NCBI GenBank assembly: GCA_023666905.1
Contig: JAMPBC010000001.1
Span: forward strand, 593,542-657,541
Direction: 5' to 3'
Length of the DNA: 64,000 nucleotides
DNA from: Bacteroides sp.
Lineage (GTDB): Bacteria > Bacteroidota > Bacteroidia > Bacteroidales > Muribaculaceae
Both the position numbers and the translations under genes were made by a program. Shown here in pieces: positions 38,527-46,196 of the stretch (positions within the stretch are counted from its first letter, which is position 1; the number at the start of each line of letters is the position of its first letter). The notes under the pieces are model-generated. The model was not told the origin of the DNA. It ran no database searches and saw nothing but the letters and a program-made list of their open reading frames with translations.

Positions 38527-39441
38527 ATGGACGCTCTTCGCAAAATCATATTCCTGACGTTGGCCATGTTTGCCATGGTGGCGGCTTCTCCGCAGCTCAA
38601 TGCCCAGCGGCGAGTGACACCCGTTGAGCCTGCACCCGGAACAAAAGGTACCACGCAGCAGGAACCGGCCACCCCGGCCATTGACCCGTCGCGACTGCAG
38701 GAACAAAGAGACGCCAGCGGAAATATCATATTCGTGGACACCGTCACCGGTCAGGAATGGGTGGACACCACCATTGTGAAGAAGAACACCAAAATGATTT
38801 ATCCCAAAATCTATTGCGTGGCTGCCGGGTTGAACATCTGGGACCCGGTGATGAGAATCTTCGGTCAGGACTACGGCGTGGCTTCCATTTGGGGCGAGCT
38901 CAACATGCACAACCGCTATTTCCCCACCTTGGAAATTGGTCTCGGACAGGCCAACATAACACCCGAGGAGATGAACTTCACCTTTAAATCGGGCATGGCT
39001 CCATACTTTAAAATAGGAGCAAGTTACAATGTGTTCTACAACTCCGACCCGCGTTACAAATTTCTGGTGGGACTCCGCTATGGTTTCTCATCATTCTCTT
39101 ACCGGGTTACCGATGTGACTGTAACTGACTCCTATTGGGGAACCACCTCCACTTTCGACATTCCGCGACAAAACGCAACTGTGGGTTATCTCGACGTTCT
39201 TGCAGGCGTGAGGGTGAACATCTTTTCAAATTTCTCGTTAGGGTGGGATTTGCGTTTCCACAAAATCCTGCATGAGAGCAAAGCCACGTATGGTAAGCCT
39301 ATGTACATTCCCGGTTACGGAAAACGCGGAGCTGCACTCACCGGAAGTTTTTCGCTTGTCTACACTTTTCAGCTGAACCGACCGGCCTCCGATGGGGTTA
39401 TAAAAGATAGTGAAACAACCCCTAACATGGAAAAGAAATGA
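38527..39441 (+). CDS. Secreted, probably outer-membrane beta-barrel protein, function unknown
   Basis: Signal peptide, alternating aromatic/hydrophobic beta-strand pattern, C-terminal aromatic residue region. Confidence 0.45.
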   Translation: MDALRKIIFLTLAMFAMVAASPQLNAQRRVTPVEPAPGTKGTTQQEPATPAIDPSRLQEQRDASGNIIFVDTVTGQEWVDTTIVKKNTKMIYPKIYCVAAGLNIWDPVMRIFGQDYGVASIWGELNMHNRYFPTLEIGLGQANITPEEMNFTFKSGMAPYFKIGASYNVFYNSDPRYKFLVGLRYGFSSFSYRVTDVTVTDSYWGTTSTFDIPRQNATVGYLDVLAGVRVNIFSNFSLGWDLRFHKILHESKATYGKPMYIPGYGKRGAALTGSFSLVYTFQLNRPASDGVIKDSETTPNMEKK

Positions 39442-40235
39442 AACGCATCATTATTATTGGAGCATCATCAGGCCTGGGCGAGCGCATTGCTTTGGATTTT
39501 GCCCGTTACGGTTTTTATGTCGGCATAGCTGCCCGCAGGGAGTCAAGACTTAAAGCTGTCAAAGAAAAGTTCCCCGATAAAATTGAATATCTGCCCATCG
39601 ATGTCACTGCCGATGATGCGGTTAGCCGCTTCGAGAAGCTGATAGAACTCAATGGCGGAATGGACACATTGCTTTATTGTTCCGGCACAGGCTTTCAGGA
39701 TGCGGAGCTTCAGGATGTGAACATACACACCACGCTCGATGTTAACGTTACCGGCTTTGCGCGAATAACCGCAGCCGCCTACCGCTATTTCCGCTCCACT
39801 GCTAATTTGCACCGCGGTCAGATAGCAGCCATAACCTCCGTTGCAGGAACCAGAGGCATAGGCATTGCCGCCGCTTACAGCGCTTCGAAGCGTTTCCAGC
39901 AGCAGTTCCTTGACTCTCTTGAACAGTTGGCTTACAGCCAGCAGGTGAATGTGCAGTTTACCGATATTCGCCCCGGGTTCGTGCGCACCGAACTTCTTGA
40001 CCCCGGTAAGAATTACCCCATGATGATGACCGTTGACTATGCCGCTCCGTTGATAGAGCATGCGATTCTCACCGGCCGCCGTCGTGCAACAATCGATTCT
40101 CGCTGGGCCATTCTCACCGCATTATGGCGTGCCGTTCCCCGATGTCTTTGGAAACGCATTAATCTGGTGAGTCTTGGAAAGGACGCCGATCAACTGGCGG
40201 AAGACGCTTCCGGAGCAACGTGTCCGCTAACATGA
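39438..40235 (+). CDS. Short-chain dehydrogenase/reductase (SDR)
   Basis: TGxxxGxG-like IIIGASSGLGERIA and the YxxxK catalytic motif (YSASK). Overlaps the upstream gene by 4 nt. Confidence 0.8.
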   Translation: MKRIIIIGASSGLGERIALDFARYGFYVGIAARRESRLKAVKEKFPDKIEYLPIDVTADDAVSRFEKLIELNGGMDTLLYCSGTGFQDAELQDVNIHTTLDVNVTGFARITAAAYRYFRSTANLHRGQIAAITSVAGTRGIGIAAAYSASKRFQQQFLDSLEQLAYSQQVNVQFTDIRPGFVRTELLDPGKNYPMMMTVDYAAPLIEHAILTGRRRATIDSRWAILTALWRAVPRCLWKRINLVSLGKDADQLAEDASGATCPLT

Positions 40236-40278
40236 TTTCGCTCACTAAGTCAATAAGAACCTCAAAACCAACATAACA

Positions 40279-40737
40279 ATGTCAGAACAAACAACCCGGC
40301 TGGCCATTTGCAGTGACCATGCCGGTTATGAGTTAAAGCAGCAAGTTATAGAGTATCTTAATTCAAAAGGAATAGCAACGGACGATTTCGGCACCCACAG
40401 CGATGCTTCATGTGATTATCCTGACTTCGCCCATCCTTGTGCCGAGGCTGTGGAGTCCGGACGTGATTATCCCGGAATTGCTATGTGCGGGACAGGCAAT
40501 GGAATTGCCATGACGCTGAACAAGCACCAGGGTATCCGGGCCGCTCTTTGCTGGGAGCCGGAATTAGCACGCCTTGCCCGCGCTCACAATGATGCCAACA
40601 TCCTTGTTATGCCGGCCCGGTTCATTGACTTTGATATGGCAAAAGCCATTGTTGACACTTTTCTCGCCACTGACTTTGAAGGCGGACGCCACGAGCGGCG
40701 CATCCAAAAAATCCCGGTGACTCCGGAATGTAAGTAA
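40279..40737 (+). CDS. rpiB: Ribose-5-phosphate isomerase B
   Basis: 152 aa. RpiB/LacAB signature CGTGNGIAMTLNKHQGIRAAL. Confidence 0.9.
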   Translation: MSEQTTRLAICSDHAGYELKQQVIEYLNSKGIATDDFGTHSDASCDYPDFAHPCAEAVESGRDYPGIAMCGTGNGIAMTLNKHQGIRAALCWEPELARLARAHNDANILVMPARFIDFDMAKAIVDTFLATDFEGGRHERRIQKIPVTPECK

Positions 40738-40742
40738 TATTA

Positions 40743-40766
40743 AACGCCCCTAAAACAAGGGGCGTT
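40743..40766. terminator. Hairpin terminator between the convergent rpiB and cysK genes
   Basis: 8-bp perfect stem AACGCCCC / GGGGCGTT with an 8-nt loop and AT-rich flanks on both sides. Confidence 0.5.
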
Positions 40767-40821
40767 ACAAAATCTTTATACAGAAACAAGAGGTTGCTTC
40801 CTTTTACGGGATGTTGTCTTG

Positions 40822-41754
40822 TCAGAAGTCAAAGAGGGGTGTCGAGAGATAGCGCTCGCCCGTGTCAGGGAGAAGCGCAACAATTGTTTTCCCTTCGTTT
40901 TCAGGCTTGCGCGCCAACTCTATGGCAGCAAACAGGGCGGCTCCCGACGATATGCCGGCAAGGATTCCCTCTTTTTGCGCAAGCAGGCGTGACCCTTTGA
41001 AAGCGTCTTCATCTGAAACTTCAATTATTTCATTGACCACGGCGGCATCATAGTTCGCCGGAACAAAGCCGGCTCCTATGCCTTGAATTTTGTGCGGTCC
41101 GGGCTTTCCGCCGGCGAGCACGGGCGAAGAAGCAGGTTCCACGGCCACTGTGGTTATTGCAGGGTTATGTTCTTTCAGTGCACGCGATGTGCCCGAAAGA
41201 GTGCCACCGGTTCCAACGCCGGCCACAAATATGTCAACTTTGCCATCGGTGTCTTTCCATATCTCCTGGCCGGTGGTGCGATAATGGATTTCAGGATTGG
41301 CGGGATTGTCGAATTGGAGAGGCATGAACGCACCGGGGTTCTCTGCTTTGATTTCCTCGGCTTTTTTAATGGCTCCTTTCATGCCTTCGGCTCCGGGGGT
41401 GAGAACCAGTTCGGCTCCAAGTGCTTTGAGCAGTTTGCGGCGCTCAATGCTCATGGTTTCGGGCATGGTGAGAATAAGGCGATAGCCCTTAACGGTTGAC
41501 ACCCATGCAAGGCCAATGCCGGTGTTGCCGCTTGTGGGTTCAACAATGAGCGAGCCCGGCCGGAGTTCTCCTTTTGCTTCAGCGTCCTCAATCATGGCCA
41601 GTGCAATGCGGTCCTTCACACTGCCACCGGGATTGAACGATTCCACTTTTACAAGCAACCGGGCTTTGAGATTCTCACTTTGTTCAATGTTATGTACCTC
41701 CACCAGTGGAGTGGAGCCTATGAGCTCTATCAAATTGTTGTGAATTTTTGCCAT
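40822..41754 (-). CDS. cysK: Cysteine synthase A (O-acetylserine sulfhydrylase)
   Basis: 310 aa. PLP-lysine region [14 protein letters not shown] and GTGGT motif. Confidence 0.9.
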   Translation of the reverse strand: MAKIHNNLIELIGSTPLVEVHNIEQSENLKARLLVKVESFNPGGSVKDRIALAMIEDAEAKGELRPGSLIVEPTSGNTGIGLAWVSTVKGYRLILTMPETMSIERRKLLKALGAELVLTPGAEGMKGAIKKAEEIKAENPGAFMPLQFDNPANPEIHYRTTGQEIWKDTDGKVDIFVAGVGTGGTLSGTSRALKEHNPAITTVAVEPASSPVLAGGKPGPHKIQGIGAGFVPANYDAAVVNEIIEVSDEDAFKGSRLLAQKEGILAGISSGAALFAAIELARKPENEGKTIVALLPDTGERYLSTPLFDF

Positions 41755-41760
41755 AGTTTT

Positions 41761-42636
41761 CTATTGATTGGTTTGAGCTTTGCTTTGAAGAATTTTTGAG
41801 CCGGGAGGCACTGAGGTGGTTAGCCAGATGTTACCGCCTATAATGGAATCGTGTCCCACGGTTATGCGACCCAAAATCGATGAATTGGAATAAATGGTAA
41901 CGTTGTCCTCGATAATGGGATGTCGGGGTATGTTCATTGGATGGCCGTTGCTGTCAAGCGAAAAGTTTTTGGCTCCGAGAGTCACACCCTGATAAAGGGT
42001 TACATGGTTACCGATAATGCAAGTTTCGCCAATAACCACGCCTGTGCCATGGTCAATGGCAAAATATTCACCAATCTCGGCTCCGGGATGGATGTCTATA
42101 CCGGTCATGGAGTGGGCCATTTCGGTGAGCATGCGGGGAAGCACCGGGATTCCGAGTTTCAGCAGGGAGTGTGCCACACGGTAGTTGACCATTGCCTGCA
42201 CCACGGGATAGCAGAGCACAATTTCACCGTAGTTGTCAACTGCGGGGTCGTTGGTGTACATTGCTTCCACATCAGTGTAGAGCAGCCGCTTTATTTCATT
42301 CAGGTTGTTTATGAATTCCAGAGCAAGACCGTCGCTTTGACATTCCACATCGTCGGTGCGGTCATGGTCAAACCGCAGAGCATGGCAAATCTCGGCTTGC
42401 AATATGGTATAGAGCCGTTCCATGGCCACACCTATGAAGAAACTTCTCATGGTGGGGCGGTTGAGCTGCTTGTTGAAAAAGTCGGGAAACACAATGTGTT
42501 TCACCAGCCGGGTCAGTTCTTTTATGGCGTCGAGCGAGGGGAATTTGCCCGTTCCTTTGGGGAGCATGGCTTTCTCTGCTTCGAGAGGGACGGAGAGTAG
42601 TTTGGCGTTTCGCAGAATAATATCCTCGGAGTTCAT
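41761..42636 (-). CDS. cysE: Serine O-acetyltransferase
   Basis: 291 aa. SAT N-terminal domain plus hexapeptide repeats (IHPGAEIGEYFAIDHGTGVVIGET). Confidence 0.85.
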   Translation of the reverse strand: MNSEDIILRNAKLLSVPLEAEKAMLPKGTGKFPSLDAIKELTRLVKHIVFPDFFNKQLNRPTMRSFFIGVAMERLYTILQAEICHALRFDHDRTDDVECQSDGLALEFINNLNEIKRLLYTDVEAMYTNDPAVDNYGEIVLCYPVVQAMVNYRVAHSLLKLGIPVLPRMLTEMAHSMTGIDIHPGAEIGEYFAIDHGTGVVIGETCIIGNHVTLYQGVTLGAKNFSLDSNGHPMNIPRHPIIEDNVTIYSNSSILGRITVGHDSIIGGNIWLTTSVPPGSKILQSKAQTNQ

Positions 42637-42713
42637 TACGGAATGAATTTTCTGTTATGGGGTTATGAATGTGTGTATCTATCAAACGCAGATACGTGGC
42701 AAAGGTTTTTAGG

Positions 42714-44021
42714 CTATTTCCATTTTCTGTAGGCGTAGCCGAAGCGGGCGTAGGCTTCGCGGTCTAATTCCTCGCGGAATTGCGGAGCTGCTACGGAGAT
42801 AAGCAGCCTTGCACGCTCGATAAGATTTTTGCCGCGAAGATTAACGGCTCCGTGCTCTGTGACAACCCAATGGATGCGGGCCCGGGTGGTGACCACTCCG
42901 GCTCCGGCCGAAAGTGTGGGCTTTATTTTGTTTTTTCCGCTTGATGTGGTGGCCTGCATTGCAAGAAACGATTGTCCGCCGCTGCTGCGCGATGAGCCGT
43001 AAACGAAATCGGGCTGGCCTCCTGAGCCGGAGTAGAGGTAGGTGCCGAGCGAATCGGCACACACCTGGCCTGTAAGGTCAATTTCCAGACACGAGTTAAC
43101 TGACACCACACAAGGGTTCTGTGCAATGACAAATGGGTCGTTGACCCAGGCAACATCGTGGAACGACATTTTGCTGTTCCGGTGCATGAAGTCGTAAAGT
43201 TTTCGTGTACCTATTGCCAGCGAAGCTACAGCTACGCCCGGCTTCACCTTTTTCCGACTGTTGTCAATGACTCCGGCTTCAATCAGCGGCACCACGCCGT
43301 CGGTCATGGCTTCGGAGTGGACGCCGAGGTGTTTATGGTCGGTCAGGGCGTGAAGTATGGCATTTGGAATACCTCCAACTCCAATTTGCAAGGTGGCGCC
43401 GTCGGGAATCAGAGGGGCAATGTGGTTGGCTATCTGCAGCTCCTTTTCGGTTGACTCCGATGCCGGAGTTTCGGCAAGCGGACAATCGGTCATCACCGCG
43501 TAGTCAAGGTCCGAGAGATGTATCACTGCGTCGCCCCATGCAAAGGGGACGTGGGAGTTGATTTGAGCAATGACTATTTTGGCCGACTCCACAGCCGAGG
43601 GTGTGAGGTCAGACGATATGCCGTAGGACACATAGCCGTTTACATCGGGTAGCGAGCAGTTTATCATTGCAACATCCAGCCGTATGGTGCCGTCGCGGAA
43701 CAACTCGGGGATTTCGCCGAGCGAGCGGGGCGTTGAAGTGGCAAATCCTTTGTTCACCCATCCGCGCACTGCGTTCGACACAAAGAAAGAGTCGATTAGA
43801 AAGGAGTCGCGGCAGCGTTCATCGCACAGTGGCGATACTCTGCGGGCCAAAGCGAACGCATTGTAAATTCTGACGTTTTCAAGCTCGCCGGCGCGGTCGG
43901 CCAAAGCTGATACCAGCGTTTCGGGAATTGAGGTGCTGCCCTGTACAAACACATGGTGTCCGCTTCTGATAACTTTCACGGCTTCGGCAGCCGTTGTAAA
44001 CTTTACTTTTGTCATATTCAA
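42714..44021 (-). CDS. Acetyl-CoA hydrolase/transferase family protein (4-hydroxybutyrate or succinyl-CoA:acetate CoA-transferase-like)
   Basis: 435 aa. Two-domain AcetylCoA_hydro fold with the conserved GGQxDF motif (SGSGGQPDF). Confidence 0.85.
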   Translation of the reverse strand: MNMTKVKFTTAAEAVKVIRSGHHVFVQGSTSIPETLVSALADRAGELENVRIYNAFALARRVSPLCDERCRDSFLIDSFFVSNAVRGWVNKGFATSTPRSLGEIPELFRDGTIRLDVAMINCSLPDVNGYVSYGISSDLTPSAVESAKIVIAQINSHVPFAWGDAVIHLSDLDYAVMTDCPLAETPASESTEKELQIANHIAPLIPDGATLQIGVGGIPNAILHALTDHKHLGVHSEAMTDGVVPLIEAGVIDNSRKKVKPGVAVASLAIGTRKLYDFMHRNSKMSFHDVAWVNDPFVIAQNPCVVSVNSCLEIDLTGQVCADSLGTYLYSGSGGQPDFVYGSSRSSGGQSFLAMQATTSSGKNKIKPTLSAGAGVVTTRARIHWVVTEHGAVNLRGKNLIERARLLISVAAPQFREELDREAYARFGYAYRKWK

Positions 44022-44932
44022 TCGGGGAGGGGTTTGCGGACAAAAGCATCGATGAAGCTTCCGGGTGTGGCGTTGTATATTTCCACTCCTCTGTGTGAGG
44101 CATAACTCGCTATGGTGAAATAGGAGCGGAATGCAACGTAGAAGCTGTACATTATTTGATGCAGCCGGATGTTTTTGTAGACAGAGGCCACTCGTGAGTG
44201 CTCGGCTTCGTTGTCCTCATAGAAATGGGGCTGGATGCTTACCACCACATTATCTTCAGTCACCTCAAGCGTTTTTGACCAGGAGTGGTCGGCCCCCACA
44301 ATGTAAATTTTTTTGAAACCGGACATGATGGCAATCATGATAGCGGGGATGAGTACATTGCGTGGCCGTGGCATTCCAAGTCCGGCGCTAAAAGCGGCGT
44401 TCTCCATCCAAGCGAATCCCTCTACGCCCACAGGATTAAACCGGTTTACGGTGATGTTTGCCGGCAGTGCAACGGGCAATTTGGATTTTGAGGGGATGAA
44501 AAGGGTCATATTCCAGTCAATTTGCCCGGCAAAATTGTCCCACAGCTTTTTTACGTTGGCATTGGTCAGGTCGGTGAAAAACACCGGATCGGCCATGATG
44601 TAAAAATCGGGGCGCAAATTGTAGAACTGCGGGGCATTCGCAGCGAAGTTCACAGCCATGAGTCGGTTCGCTTTCAGGGCATCGGCATGATTGGCCATTG
44701 TGGTGTTAAGCGACGGGCCGTTACCCATCACCACAAGTATTTCACCGGGGCGGGCAACTTGCCGTATGCGCACGGGGCGTGATTGCAGCATTATTTTTGC
44801 CGCGCTTTTTATTGTCGATGCCAGTTTGCTGAAAAATCCTGATGTGGAGTTGCCTTGTGCCATTTGTTCCGGTGATTGGTTGTGATGAGAATTTGGAAGA
44901 GTGTTACTGGATATAGTCGCGGGCAAGGCCAC
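44018..44932 (-). CDS. Hypothetical protein, possibly DUF115/MptE-like (Maf-type) Rossmann-fold protein
   Basis: 304 aa. N-terminal GNGPSL-type motif (ILVVMGNGPSLN). The stop overlaps the CoA-transferase start (ATGA). The true start may be an internal Met. Family assignment is tentative. Confidence 0.45.
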   Translation of the reverse strand: MALPATISSNTLPNSHHNQSPEQMAQGNSTSGFFSKLASTIKSAAKIMLQSRPVRIRQVARPGEILVVMGNGPSLNTTMANHADALKANRLMAVNFAANAPQFYNLRPDFYIMADPVFFTDLTNANVKKLWDNFAGQIDWNMTLFIPSKSKLPVALPANITVNRFNPVGVEGFAWMENAAFSAGLGMPRPRNVLIPAIMIAIMSGFKKIYIVGADHSWSKTLEVTEDNVVVSIQPHFYEDNEAEHSRVASVYKNIRLHQIMYSFYVAFRSYFTIASYASHRGVEIYNATPGSFIDAFVRKPLPD

Positions 44933-46106
44933 CCTCGCCGGTTTCCTTGTAGATTGAGGGGAGGTCGTGGCCGGTTTGCTTCATCACTTCCACCACACGG
45001 TCGAACGACACGCGGTGGTCGCCGTCGGTAAACGCGGAGTAGAGATTGGTGTCCAGGGCCCGGGCGGCTGCGTAGGCGTTGCGTTCAATGCAGGGAATTT
45101 GAACAAGTCCGCACACGGGGTCGCACGTCATGCCCAAATGGTGCTCCAGCCCCATTTCAGCTGCGTACTCAATTTGGGCCGGGCTGCCGCCGAAAAGCTG
45201 ATTGGCAGCTGCGGCTGCCATTGCACAGGCCACTCCCACTTCTCCCTGACAGCCCACTTCGGCACCCGAAATGGATGCGTTGTGCTTAACAATGTTGCCA
45301 ATGAGAGCAGCAGTGGCAAGTGCGCGATAAATCCGCGAGTTGGAGAAATTGCGGCTCTTTTGAAGGTGATAAAGAACAGCGGGAACCACACCGCATGAGC
45401 CACAGGTCGGTGCCGTGACAATGACACCGCCCGAGGCGTTTTCTTCGGCCACGGCCAAAGCGTAGGCAAACACAAGGCCGCGCGATTGCAAGTTTTGTTT
45501 GTAGCCGGAGGCACGCACATAGTAAGAGTTGGCCCGGCGCCGCAGGCTCAATGGGCCAGGAAGCACACCTTCGCGGTCAAGCCCACGCTCGATACTATTG
45601 CACATAGTGACCCAAATCTCGGCCAGATAGTCCCAAATGTCACTGCCTTCACACTCCTCGACGTACTCCCAGAAAGAGCGGCCGGTGCGCCGGCACCATT
45701 CAAGAATGTCCTTCATGCAATTCATGCCGTAAACGTCGGGAGTTTCCTCGCGTCCCTTGCCCTCCTCGGCAAGAGCTCCACCGCCAACGCTGAAAAGTGT
45801 CCTGCTTTCGGTTACGTTACCTTCACGGTCAATCGCCTCGAATTTCATTCCGTTAGGGTGGAAGGGGAGGAAAATCTGCGGCTGCCACACAATATCCACG
45901 GGAGCCACCGGGGTGAGCGATTCGGTTATGGCCACATCGGTCATGTGACCTTTGCCGGTGGCGGCAAGGCTGCCGTAGAGGGTTACGCGAAACGATGCGG
46001 CATCACTATGGGCGGCCGCAAAGTCTTCGGCCGCACGGCGCGGCCCCATGGTGTGGCTACTTGACGGGCCTGTGCCTATTCTGTAAAGTTCCCTGATGCT
46101 TTTCAT
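44904..46106 (-). CDS. sdaA: L-serine ammonia-lyase, Fe-S dependent, single-chain
   Basis: 400 aa. SDH_beta and SDH_alpha regions, Cys ligands (TAPTCGSCG). Confidence 0.9.
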   Translation of the reverse strand: MKSIRELYRIGTGPSSSHTMGPRRAAEDFAAAHSDAASFRVTLYGSLAATGKGHMTDVAITESLTPVAPVDIVWQPQIFLPFHPNGMKFEAIDREGNVTESRTLFSVGGGALAEEGKGREETPDVYGMNCMKDILEWCRRTGRSFWEYVEECEGSDIWDYLAEIWVTMCNSIERGLDREGVLPGPLSLRRRANSYYVRASGYKQNLQSRGLVFAYALAVAEENASGGVIVTAPTCGSCGVVPAVLYHLQKSRNFSNSRIYRALATAALIGNIVKHNASISGAEVGCQGEVGVACAMAAAAANQLFGGSPAQIEYAAEMGLEHHLGMTCDPVCGLVQIPCIERNAYAAARALDTNLYSAFTDGDHRVSFDRVVEVMKQTGHDLPSIYKETGEGGLARDYIQ

Positions 46107-46196
46107 GTTACAAAGGTAGTGAATATTTCAACACAAAAAAAGATGCGGGGCCGTCGGGCTCCGCATCTGATATGAAGATTAATTATGTTTCAACAA

